The notes beneath the pieces are model-generated. The model did no database searches, was not told where the DNA came from, and saw only the letters and a program-made list of their open reading frames with translations. Made by a program: the position numbers and the translations under genes. 64,000 nucleotides of DNA. Source: Marsupella aquatica (taxonomy: Eukaryota; Plantae; Marchantiophyta). The stretch's first letter is position 1. Each line of letters starts with the position of its first letter. The stretch covers positions 12,774,238 through 12,838,237 of the forward strand of contig OZ316892.1 of the NCBI GenBank assembly GCA_973895155.1. Direction: 5' to 3'. This document shows positions 52,562 to 64,000 of the stretch, piece by piece.

Positions 52562-54509
52562 AGTGGTGGCCCTCCCACCACGTGCCCGTCCAAACTCGTT
52601 TCTCAGCCTTGAAACAAGTCGAACCTTGCACTAACACGGAACATTGGGGCAAGTTCTCCCCGACTATACTCCTTGTCGTTAGCGACCCCTCCCATACAAA
52701 GCCGCACTTGCCCTCGTCAGCACAACCGTCGCTCAACGGTCTTTGCTATCTGCACAAGCAACCAACCAACCGGTAAGGACTTGTCTTGATCTCGGAACTC
52801 CCAAGACCATTGTCTTGCCTCAAGCTCAACAGTCGTTAGTAAGTAGGTCAGCGGATAGAGCCTCCCAGGCCCGCATGGCCTTGCCATAAGCTGAAACTAA
52901 GGTCGACATCACTGTTCGTCCAGAACAATCTATCTACCGGATGTCGCCCAAGCTTCCCCACTTTCTACCCGTCAATGGCTGACCGCCCTGCCTCCAGGAC
53001 ATGCCCATGGCCCAAACTCAGTTTGTCACAAACTAGTAGTAACACGCCGGGACCATTCAGTTTCTAGATCTTAGCCACCTCTCTGCGAAACCGGGTTCCG
53101 CTCAACCTCTCACCATGCATCGGGACCAGATCTCAATGGCAGCCTCCAGAGTCTACTTGGTTCTACCTCTCCAACATCAGGTCCCCGTGGGAACCAAATG
53201 CGGTTTGGTCACTGTTCGACTTCGGATCGGCAAGAGGGACTCCCCCCATTGCAAGCCTCAAAACCAAAATCATCCAATGCACAATCAGAGAGCACCATGA
53301 GGTAGCTTTCTTCATTAGCTTTCCAACAAGCCCAAGAACTCCTCCAACGGAGATCCGGTCGTCGAGTTATGTTTGTTTCCGCTTCAAAACTCGAAACGAC
53401 GTATCTTCGTTGATCGCGATCAGCTCGAGCTCAAACTTGAGAGGACCACTCCCCTCATATATGCTTCTGGGGACCTGCCACCCCCGGACCAGCTTTGGTC
53501 CCCTATCTTTGGCCCCCTACCCGAGGGTCCGTGGGCCCCGCCACTTAGCTCGAAACGAAGATAATTGAAAACCTTCTATAACTTGGCCTCGAGCGCAAAT
53601 TGTGGCATAAGGGGCTAAAAGTTACGGCCCTAACCCCGCTCTGGTCCAGGCAACCCCCCCTGGTCCAGGCAACCCCCTCTTGGTCCATCGATGCGCGGCG
53701 ACTCTAATCGAGTCTAAATCGGCCATAACTTTTGGCCCCTAGGTCCGTTGGCCAAAACATATGCGGCCCCATGATCGGGCTCATGTGGGGCTTCTCAGGC
53801 CCCTATGGTGATCCGTTGGAAAAATAGTTCATTTTTCCGTGATCGGCAACGGGCCCAAACTACAAGTATGCGGCTTGAGTCGGCCATAACTTTTGGCCCC
53901 TGGGTCCGTTGGCCGAGAAATATGCGGCCCCATGATTGGGCTCATGTAGGGCTTCTTGGGCCCCTATGGTGATCCGTTGGAAAAATAGTTCATTTTTCCA
54001 TGATCGGCAACGGGCCCAAACTACAAGCATGCGGCTTGAGTCGGCCATAACCTTTGGCCCCTGGGTCCGTTGGCCGAGAAATATGCGGCTTCATGATTGG
54101 CTCATGTGGGGCTTCTCGGGCCCCTATGGTGATCCGTTGGAAAAATAGTTCATTTTTCCATGATCGGCAACGGGCCCAAACTACAAGCATGCGGCTTGAG
54201 TCGGCCATAACTTTTGGCCCCTGGGTCCGTTGGCCGAGAAATACACGGCCCCATGATCGGGCTCATGTGGGGCTTCTCGGGCCCCTATGGTGATCCATCA
54301 GAAAAATAGTTCATATTTTCGTGATCGGCAATGGGCCCAATAAAGTTAATTGGAGCGCGCTTTTCTCAAGTCTTGTCCTTGCTCTTACTAGCCTCCTCTT
54401 TGTTAGTCGCATCCCTAATGGCCATGATGGTAGCAAATCTAAGAGGGGCTCAACGCTGGAGTTAGGCAACGTCGGAGCAATTACAGTAGGTGAAAGTTGT
54501 ATTCGCGAC
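52562..54509. mobile_element. About 1.95-kb non-coding insertion nested in the RNase H-integrase linker
   Basis: Removing it joins ...SSDVDVQ to VGEVTFGQQDIHNDVRVLEYL. It is richer in GC and CpG than the host pol and contains a tandem array. Confidence 0.65.
53720..54340. repeat. Tandem array, 160-161-bp unit x about 3.9
   Basis: GGCCATAAC.TTTGGCCCC starts at 53721, 53882, 54043 and 54203. Confidence 0.95.
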
Positions 54510-56549
54510 TTGAACATCCACGTCTGAAGACTCATCATCCACTCCATCCAATGAGGTAGAGTCCACTGATCCACTGTATGCTGGCACCCAACAAAGAAAA
54601 GGCAGATGCATGTCATCCTGGCACCATCTCATTATTTGACTCATTGTGCCATCTGGCTCCAGTCTCATCCTACTGACTGGTACATGGGTTGTGGCTCAAC
54701 CCATGTGCATCCAAGTTCACCTTTCCAGGTCTATGTACAACCTGGAAATCATACTCCTGCAACAACAATGCCCATCTTGCAAGCTTCCCAATAAGCTTGT
54801 CAGACTCCATTAACCACTTGAGAGGCTGATGATCAGTGATCAAAGTGAAAGGATTACCAAACAAGTAACAGCGGAAGTGTGCCACAGCCCACACTGCTGC
54901 CAAACACTCTCCCTCATAAGATCTATACTTAGCCTCTACTGAATTGTTTGATCTACTGGCATATGCCACAACAAACTCATGCCCTTCATCATCTTTCTGA
55001 GTTAACACTGCTTCAAGTCCTACTCCACTCCAATCAGTGTGTAGCTGAAATGGTCTGTCTGAAATGGGTCTTCTCAAAATAGGGGATGATGCCAACCTTT
55101 GCTTCAACTCCTGAAAGGCATGCTCTTGGTCATCACCCCAAGTCCATTCCTGATCCAACTTAGTGAGTATGGTTAAAGGTTTAGCAAGCTGGCTAAATCC
55201 TTTAACATACCTCCTGTAGTAGCTCGCCAATCCCAAGAATGCACGAACTCTGCTCACATTAGTAGGACGAGAAATTTGTGTAATGGCCTCCACTTTAGTT
55301 TGCTATACACCCAATCCCCCTGGGTATATAGTGTGGCCCAAATACTCAATCTGGTCTTGGAAGAACTTACACTTGCCAGGATGGAGCTTGAACCCATGTG
55401 CTCTCAATCTCTCCAACACAATCTGCAAGTGTTATTGATGTTCTTCCACAATAGAAGAATAGACCAAAATATCATAAATATAGCATCTGACAAAATCCAA
55501 ACCTACAAGGATTCGATCCATGACTCTCTGGAACTCAACTGGTGCATTCTTCAACCCAAATGGTAAGAATAACCACTGATACAAATGATCTTTGCCATAA
55601 GAATCAATCCCCCAGAATGTTATCTTGGACCTGCCAACATGCCTAATTGGAAGCTGATGGTACACTGCCCTCAAATCCAATGAATTGAAAACCTTTGCAT
55701 GCCCCACAACATCAAAGATCTCCTCAGGTGTGGGCATGGCATATCTATCAGATTTTTCTAGTGATTAATGGGTCTGTAATCACCACACATGCGCATATTT
55801 GTGTAATTACCATGCACATCCTTCTTGGCTGGCATCATTGTGGCAGATGCATACTCCCCATATGAAATCTCCACCAATCTAGCCTCTAACAAATCTTGAG
55901 TTCTGCTTTGAATCAAAGCTCTCTCCATGTCACTATAACGGTATGGTCTACGAAAGATTGGCGCATCACTAGCCAATTCAATCTGAATACCAGGGCCCTT
56001 TAATGTCCCCAAATTCTTCATGCTAAATGCAAAACAATTCCAATAACTCTTCAGGAATCAATGCATGCGACGTTTCTCCTCCCCTGTCAACTTAGGGCCA
56101 AGCTGTGGTTCCCAACTCTCCAACAAATTCCTAATATCTCTTTGTAGGGTAGAAGAGATAGCCAATGATTGCTATTTAGCAGTAGATTGTGCAGTCTCTT
56201 CTTGTTCAACAATCTGTCTAGGGGTATAGCGACGGAGACAGGAAACAGGTAAACAAATATTTTTTTCTAGTTTTTAATATGCTGTTACCAGTAAAAAAAT
56301 CACTGTTACCAGCAAAAATGACAATTTAAAAATGTCTCCTAAAACATGTCATTTTCAAAAATAATTAACAATGCAACATTTTTGGCTAGCTTTGGGCGCT
56401 ACTATTAGCAGTGTAGGGCGCTAGCCAAGAAAACCGGTCGACCGAAAAAAAACTTTTTTTTCTCAAAAAAAATATTCAAAAAAAATTCAAAAAAAAATTC
56501 CACCCATTTTCTTGTTACCAGTTTTTGTTATTAACTCCTGTATCATCTT

Positions 56550-56840
56550 TTGCTGTCTTTTGTAAACACCTTCTCGACTTTGTATCTGATGCTTTTCAAT
56601 GCCCTTGGGAAGGAGATGGCCTTTACTCTAAACACAATCCCTTGTCTGACTTTGTATTTTGGTGGAGTGAGTAAAACAAGTTGTGGCTGGAAGGTCAACA
56701 AGTGCATTGACCACAACTGTCGCCTTCTCATGCAATTTCTAGTCCCAATTTTCCATCCAAGAAAATCGTCCATGGCACCTGTAAGCCTGGCAAGTACTAT
56801 AAAAGCAGCTTGGAAGGGGATGAGCACCATAAATTGAGCC
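56550..56840 (+). pseudogene. Fragment of a transposon-associated uncharacterised ORF of bryophyte type
   Basis: YFGG...GWKVNKCIDHNCRLLMQFLVPIFHPRKSSMAPVSLASTIKAAWKGMSTIN*A resembles a recalled FLVPI.YP.KP...TI..A..G...VNW motif of moss/liverwort repeat-derived proteins. Recalled, not searched. Confidence 0.4.
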
Positions 56841-58149
56841 CTCTTGCAAGCCCTCTTGCTTAGGAATGTCATTATTGATCAGTTGAAGCATTTGGCGTTG
56901 GGGAAACCAACATACTTGCAAAACTACCTAGCGCAATTGTATTTGTACGAGAACTACTTATTGGCCTCAAAGAAACGAGAGAGGAAGTAGTTAATATCGC
57001 ACATTGGGATTTTGGTGGCAACAATGGGCAATCAGAATCCGAGAGCAAGGCACATGGACTTCAAGTGGAGGCTGACGATGGTCTGCAAGCAATGGACGAT
57101 GAACTTGACTTGGACAATGACGAAACAGAGCTAGGGGACAAAGGTGAGTTGCAACATGACAATGTAGAGACAAAGACTCATGACTTCCAAGACTAGCATG
57201 ACGATTTGCAAATACCAAATGCCTCTCAAGGGCTTCCAATGAGTGCCAATGAGGCACGTGAAGCTAAGATTAATGGTGATATTGTGCAACAGGCCATGTA
57301 CATTCTTAATTGTCCTCGGGAGAAAATATTGGATTTGATTTTTGATTTACTTCCTCCTTTGAAAGCTCGAGCTCCATTGCACAGCCGAGAACCGTCATTA
57401 TGCAATGCTGATAAGGAAGGAGATGATGATATGAGTGTGGGATTCAGTCCTGGATCCAACTAGTCACGTGTTGGAAATACTCCTCCCACATTGGCTAAGG
57501 ATATAGGATGTAATTGCAATCATGGTACTCAAATTGAGGAAGGAGTTCCTCTTCCTGTTGCAACAAACACGGATGTCTTGGAGCCCATTGTGCAACTCCC
57601 CGTTACATAGGTCAAGGTAGTGATGACCTTGTATGGGGACCTACAAGTGGAGGATGCTTTCTTTTGGAACTTGCGTGTCTATTCTTTGAGGTTCATGATG
57701 AACTTCTTGAATCAGACTAACAAGACAAATCCTGTTGGGCATCTCCCAAGGGATCATGTGAACACCATTGTGCCCTTCACACCTCGCCATGTGTGTCAGC
57801 AGAAGTGGGATGACATCTCCACAACATAGATAAAAACTTACATGGAGTTTTTCACTAGAACTATGACAATGTTTCATGGGATGGAGCTAGACTTGGTTGA
57901 TATATATATATATATACTTGAAGAGATTTCCAAAAGTTTACTATACTAGTTCCCGTACTAGTTTTACAAACTAGAATGTCATAGGAGCTACTATGGAGGC
58001 CACTTGGGTTCAATAGATGTTCACACATCGACATTTGCCACTTGAGTTGCCGCTGACTAGTTATGGAGTTTAGTTGATGCTCTCCCTTTTTCAACACATC
58101 ATACTGATGTGAGGGAAGCAATTTTGAAAGAACTTTGTCTCGTAATTCC

Positions 58150-60102
58150 ATTACGAGAGAACCACCACCTAAGCCTAATCGGGAGCCTAATCTCATCATG
58201 CGAAAGAATAAGTGATCCGCATAGGTGCCATTTGAGGAGAGGTTTCTCAATTCACATTTTGTTAGTACAAATGTCGCAATTCAATCAGGTAGTGATGTCA
58301 CAAAGTCATGATTCCATATTTTATAAGGCATTTGACACTGAAAACTGAGCTAGACATTCGGCTAGGAGTGTATGGCAACATGTACCACCTTTATTAATAA
58401 TATGGGTTTCAGACTTTTACACTCATATTTGTACTGTTTGGCACATACTACATATGCAAAATGAATGGAAGTCTAAACTACCAAAACTAGTCCTCTTTCA
58501 CAAGGGGAAGTAACTCCTTTATTTTGGTAGGAGTCTCATTACTACCAAGTAGAGTAATCAAAAGAGCAGCTCTTTGTGCTTGGCTACCAAGTAGAGTAAT
58601 CAAAAGAGCAACTCTTTGTGCTTGCCTTGCCATTTCTTGTGCATGTTCTTGCTCTGCCCAAACTCTCTTCCGTGCATTTTGGGCAGCTTTTGCTTCAATA
58701 GCAAACTGGTGCTTTCGATCAAGTTTCTTCTGTGCTGCAGTTTGCAATGCAGCGTCCACCCTCTCCTCCCTTCGATCTGCTAGGTCTTCCATTGATCTTG
58801 ACTCTAAATTAATTCCTTTCAGTAATCTGACTTCATGTTAATCCTGTCTGCATATATGATAGAGAAATTTGGTTTGGAAGTGCTCTGCAAATCCTTTTGT
58901 CCACCCGGTGATCTTTTGACAAACTTCTTCCTTGTTGGAGGAGGCATGGCCTCTAATACAGACTTGGCTGGGGTGTTGAACTCAGTTGGAGTATGTGGTG
59001 GCCCCTGCATTGGTCAATTTTCACCAACTTGAACTGTCAGGCAAGACTCTGTAATGTTGCATGATTATGAGCTACAATAAGGTAACCGTCAAACAACTAG
59101 CTCCGCCCCGCCGCACCCCTGCTAGTGATGGGATTTCTTGGAGCCGGATGCCTAGAGCTTGGTCCGCATGCCGTCCATGAAGAGGAAGGCAGGAAACACC
59201 ACGACCGTGATTCCCAGCCCCGGCGCGGATCTGCTCAGGTTGCCGTTATTGACAGGATGTTTCTGGTATGTGTCATTCTTCGCGAAGAATGTTCTGGTTT
59301 GAACCTTGCGATCCGCCATGGCAACCAGGAATGGCACAGTCTGCTACTGCTTCTTTACCCTGCTGATGATGGATCAATGGGCAGACCTATCTTAAGAGTA
59401 GGCACACTAACAATCCTGCTACTACCCAGTGGACAAAACACAAGAGAGAAAGCAAGAAGAGGGCCGACCTATCCCATCTGAAAGGCTTAATAATGGTGCA
59501 ATAGGAGGTGGAAGACCCTCTGAAAAGAGTGAATAATGTTCACGGAAAGGAGAGGAGCAAATATGACGGTGCTCAATTCAAACAGGAGTATAGCATCAAC
59601 TCAACTGGAACCACTATGTTCACAGCTCCTGTATAGGTTACATTTTTGTCGGCTTTTGGGTTAGGGACCTCTTGACTTGTTTTTCCTTGTGGCCCTTTCT
59701 CCTATTTTCCTCCTCTTCATGGGGTTGCTTTGCTTTTGGGATCTTGTTTCAGTGTTTGGTGTTTTCTGCCCTTGGACACTTTGATATATAACAATGTTTG
59801 GTGTTTTTTGCCCTTGGGGTTTTTTTGCCCTTGGGCACTGTGATATATAACAATTTTCAACAGCCAGCATAAAAAGAAAGAAATGGGACGACAGTGCTCT
59901 AACGGCCCAGTGAAAAAGAAAATAAATGAGAACGACAGTGCTCAACAGCCCAGCGAAAAGGGAAAGGAACACAAAGGGACGGTGCTCAATTCAAACAGGA
60001 AAGTAGTACTGCATTGGAGCGACGGCGCTCAATTCAAACAGGACAGTAGCACTGCATTGGAGCGACGGCGCTCGACGGCCCAGAGCGAAAGGAAACGAAC
60101 GG
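58150..60102 (-). mobile_element. Possible PIF/Harbinger-like remnant
   Basis: End AAACGAACGG|TAA at 60093-60105. Subterminal repeats GACGG(T/C)GCTCAATTCAAACAGGA x3. Coiled-coil ORF 58487-59010 (frameshifted, with a 42-bp internal duplication), then a weak RWYMLP...DHLFFRMMRL transposase-N-like stretch. Confidence 0.35.
59122..59319 (-). pseudogene. NDUFB3: Mitochondrial complex I subunit B12 (NDUFB3) gene copy with a probable premature stop
   Basis: MADRKVQTRTFFAKNDTYQKHPVNNGNLSRSAPGLGITVVVFPAFLFMDGMRTKL*ASGSKKSHH* matches the plant B12 pattern FFxxxDxWRKHP...PGLGI followed by one TM helix and a His-containing tail. gccATGg start context; TAG at 59152-59154. Confidence 0.7.
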
Positions 60103-61087
60103 TAAGAGTCCATCGCCTTGTACAGTACATGTACATATACATGTACAGGTACCGTACTCGACAGTATGAGTATTTTAACGCATACGGTCTACGGGTTTTA
60201 GGGTGCCGGTTTTTTCCGTTGCTCTTGGAAAACGATGGAAAGGAGAGACATTCGCTGTTTTCAGAGAGTTTGCTATCGCAGAGAAATTGTGTGCTCGTTT
60301 GTGCTCGAAGAAGATTGAACGCGCTGTTTCCCTCGTTGTGCACAATCGAGGTGAAAGAGGAGAGAGAGAGAGGGCGAGAGGGTACGTGATACTTAGGGCA
60401 ATGCGTAGCAGCAACATTTAGTTCAAGGAGGAGTATCTTTGCAGGTGCACTCATTAGGTAGTCTCTCGATTGCTGCCGTCTTTTGCAGTTTGACGCCTTC
60501 CATCAATTCTTTCGTTGTGCTGTTTCTCTTTGTTGATTTGTAAAGTAGGGCCCATGTTTAGCCCGCGGTGTGAGAGACGGGACCCGCTTTTGTCTTTTGG
60601 AGTCCGTGGAGGGTTGGTACGTTGGAATGCTCGCTTGTTTTTTCACTGTTGGATGTGATTGTATTGATGAGGGAAGTTTCATCATCACACGTTATGATAG
60701 ACGGTTATTCAAAACAGGTTTAATGATGTCTCCTTTTCCAAAGAGCATTTTGCCGTGCACGGTAGTTTTTCGTCAGATATTCATCATCATTTCCAGCTAC
60801 GGGAAGAGATTGATCATCAGATTTATAGTTCCATTTTGTTCGTTTGGCCTCGTTCCCTCTATTTTCGACTTGTCCCACCTTGGAATGACTGTTCCTGCTT
60901 TCTGTTTTTGTGTTGCGGTGCTCTTTTTAGTCTGTGATGGCTTGTTTCTGGGTTATCGTAGCACGGGGCTCCACGGTCAGTTTTTTCGTTCTCTGAGCAT
61001 TTGCAACTGCATTACGTCGTAAATATGGGAGTTGGTTTGTGACTTCAGGGCATTCCATTCTAGGAGGGGACTAGCGAGACATCGACA

Positions 61088-61870
61088 ATGAGTTATGCAG
61101 AAGATGACGTGTCTGGCAGACCCAGACTTAGTCTGCAGCCTAGAGGGTCAGGAGCGGATCAATCGCCTTCCCTCCCATCAAAAACCTCCAGAGTAAGGGT
61201 CATGACAAATTTTCCCTTCTGCTTCTTTCCCCTCGCATTGTGCTATTATGGTCCCAAAGGCCGCATTGTAGACATGAGCTTCGCATGTGTCACGGTGTTG
61301 GGATCTTGATTTTCTTGTGTAGAATTATGTCGATCTACGATTGACTTGTCAGGGAGTCAGCGGGGATCGGACGGAATTGTAGCTGTAGACGTAATACTTT
61401 CTACAATCCTGTCGGTTCGTCGTTAATGCGGACGACCTCCTATTTCTTCGTCTTGAAGCTTTGAGTGTCTTTCCCCAGTCTGGAGGCATAAGCTTCGCGT
61501 TATCCAATTTAGCATACAAGGGTTTCTCCATGCCAGTAGTTCAGGTTCTTCTGTTGGCCGGTTTGGTTGTCGTTACCCCGGCAAGCAACAAGTCCGGATA
61601 GTAAATATCGGCAGACATGTCTCAAAATACCGCCATTAATTTCCCCTACTCTTCGTTCCTCCTTTTGACGTCGCATTCTCTGTTTCTTACCAGGAGTACC
61701 ACCCTTGTGCTTTTGAATATTGACTTCGAGGCTGTTTACCATGTGTTGAATATTTGCAGCCTAATCCATTTGGCACGGCACGACCACGTGAACAAGTGAT
61801 CGCTGAACGAGAAGGAAAGAAGGAAACAGAAGTACTGAAGGAGCAAGCACAGAAGGAATGGAAACCCAGC
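61088..61870 (+). CDS. eIF4B-like protein, first two coding exons (gene incomplete here)
   Basis: Exon 61088-61192 MSYAEDDVSGRPRLSLQPRGSGADQSPSLPSKTSR|gtaagg. Exon 61760-61870 tttgcag|PNPFGTARPREQVIAEREGKKETEVLKEQAQKEWKPS|gtaag. RPRLxLxPR and NPFGxARPRE are eIF4B/4H motifs. Possible 5'UTR intron about 60382-61048 and possible further acceptor at 63980. Confidence 0.8.
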
Positions 61871-64000
61871 GTAAGATCGGAAACTCATTAAGCCGTTTTG
61901 ATGTGGCCTTTCTTCTGTAGTGCTGTCGAGACTTGCACTGTCTTTCAGGCCTGTTCTTGCCATTATCGTTTGGCAGTGGTCCATACTTTTTGTACACCTT
62001 CTTAGTTTGCACATAGATGGCCAGGTCTGTCTTCCTGGGCGGACTTCATTTTTCCCCATTCAACGTCTTGACAACTGGATAGACCTTCTTCTCGCTGTCT
62101 TTTGTTCTTTGCGAATTTTCCGTGGCTTGGCGGTCGGTGAACGCAAACATCTGCTGTTTACAGAGGGTGTGCTGGTCTTCGTCTGTCACGTTGTTTACAA
62201 CATGATGGTCTGACATGTTGACGGTCTTATTGATGTGGTTTGGTACCCATCTCGTGCGATTTTGACCTGATCTTTGAGTTTGTTAGTAGAAGATTCATAC
62301 TGATCTTGTTGTCCTTCTGAAGGTGTCATCTCAATGCATTGTTACTTGAATGAACCTTCAGGACTAGGTGGATTTTACATATGTTGGCAGTAAAGTGAAG
62401 GTGATTGGAGAAGTTTCTTTTGGCTTTACACCTGTCTCCTAGGTTTTAGCAGTCAAACTTCGAATGATATCCTTCCTTGATAAGTGCACAGTCTGTGGAA
62501 TTCTGTGTGCCCTTAACTAGGGTTTGTATTTATTGATAAGAGCACACACAATGACTGCTCGAGGCTTTGTCTTCCTTCCCAGCTCAGACTATACCAGCAA
62601 GTGGTTGTAATACGTTATGTCTGATAAGTAAACCTTTCCTGCCTGGAACAATCAATTTACCGGAATTCTTAAAATTAGTTTTCAAAAGGAAAATGTCAGG
62701 TGGAATCGGTAGAGGAAAGGACTTATCTTCCGAGCTTGATTTTCTGGACAAGCCAGTTGACAAGAAGGGTGAGATAACTAAAAATGGTCTTCCCTACTCC
62801 TGGGTTTAACATTTCAAGGCTATTAACAACTTGAGGGAGTAGCCTTGGCATCCGAGCTTTCTCCCGCCTTGTTCTAGAGCTGATAATCAGGACGAAATAT
62901 CAGCCTCTGGAATTTGTTCGTAAGTTTGGTTCCTTGAATGCAGCGAGAGGGGTTCGCTGATGTGGGTAATGTATCTTCATGTAAAACTTTGCCAAAACTT
63001 TACCGGAGTTGGTCGGGAAAGAGTATTCCTGAAAGCAGTAAGTGGGATGGATGTAGTTTCATGGTGTGGCCAAGGTCATCCTTAACAGGTCAAGTGAATT
63101 TACAGCTAAATGTAATGCATTTATAACTACGTTTTGTTTCAATCTTAGAACATCTTGCAGTGGGTTTGTCAGCAAACACTAAGCTAAAGAGCTAGGTTGG
63201 AGTTAGTTGACTCAAGCTTTGGGGAATATAGCTTCTTTTTCGTTCCGGAAAGTCGCCACTGCTGTGTCATAAGTTTTAAGAGTTTCGAGGCAGGATTGCA
63301 GCATGCCCAGCTGAAATGGAGACTAATCTTCAACAGATCAAAGATGTTAGATACCATTGAGTGTCGTTCGATTTAGATGTAAATGAAGCTGAAGTGAGTG
63401 GCGAACAACAATTAGTAATAGTATGTAAAGCTCTACGGGTGTTTGTGCTGAAGTTTTTTGGGAATAACACTATAGTACGTGACAAAACGGAATATCTAAG
63501 AAGTTGACCAGAAGTTGAAGACTAATTCGAAAGACATCGTGGACGGGTTGGCACCATTGAACCGTGCCTTAATCTATCCTGTTGAACGGAAGAAGCAAGT
63601 TTCTGAAGTTGGTTGTTTTGAAATGGAATCCCAACGTTCTATTACTAAATGAAGTAGGACCACACCCAAGCTCTTGGATGAACATCGCTTTGTGGCGTGA
63701 TGGGATGCACTAATGAGGTGTGTTGTAAGGCATATCAGGCCTCAGCAAAGACAGTCACTTAAAGTAGCTTGCAGAGTAGGCGTGGAAGGCATATTTGGAT
63801 CTTGTCAACAATTCCTATGCGAGTAAGAACGCTGGAAGAGCACTGATCAGTAGCATTCTTGGGGACAGATTTTGTGTTTATTTTTTAGTTAAATAATGGG
63901 AAGTCTATCTATCGAAACTACAGAAGGTAGGTGATTCTTCATTCGTGTTGGATCAAGTCCTTTCTGTTCTGTCCATGCAGAGCGCTGCGTTCAAGACCAT

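Larger units (their letters stand above)
51092..56220 (-). mobile_element. Degenerate, 5'-truncated Ty3/gypsy LTR retrotransposon pol (RT-RNase H-integrase-PHD)
   Basis: RT: RMCGDYRPIN, LDLRAVYHQL, LPFGLKNAP, YIYD in place of YIDD. RNase H: LHTDWS, VVAYASR, EGECLA, TDHQPL. Integrase: H..ELGH, CVVC, SLDFAGP, LTDQG, VER. C-terminal C4HC3 finger. Several in-frame stops. Confidence 0.93.

Noticed and set aside
53720-54340. Regularly spaced repeats as a possible CRISPR array
   Set aside because: The whole unit repeats with no unique spacers, there are no cas genes, and the context is eukaryotic. The same applies to 17510-20030.
40771-59319. Apparent cluster of bioenergetic genes (ndhB, UCP, NDUFB3)
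   Set aside because: Two of the three are insertions or pseudogenes of independent origin, so proximity is most simply coincidental.

Overview
Eukaryotic land-plant nuclear DNA, repeat-rich and gene-poor. The ndhB fragment and retroelement motifs suggest a bryophyte, possibly a liverwort; this is an inference. Three host genes were reconstructed by hand from GT-AG exons. (1) An 11-exon phosphomannomutase (PMM, minus, 31821-37811, 249 aa). (2) A 2-exon mitochondrial uncoupling protein of the UCP3/PUMP3 type (minus, 46340-48381, 303 aa). (3) The first two coding exons of an eIF4B-like protein (plus, from 61088, incomplete in this window). The rest is transposon debris. It includes a decayed Ty3/gypsy pol whose integrase ends in a PHD finger and which is split by a nested insertion, and a long-TIR (Mutator-like) element carrying a pseudogenised RNase H1-N/Cauli_VI hybrid-binding domain. 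There is also a PIF/Harbinger-like remnant containing a complex I B12 (NDUFB3) gene copy, a plastid ndhB insertion, a copia-like solo LTR, MITEs, satellites and microsatellites. No tRNA, rRNA or CRISPR array is supported. All family assignments come from motif recognition, not database searches.
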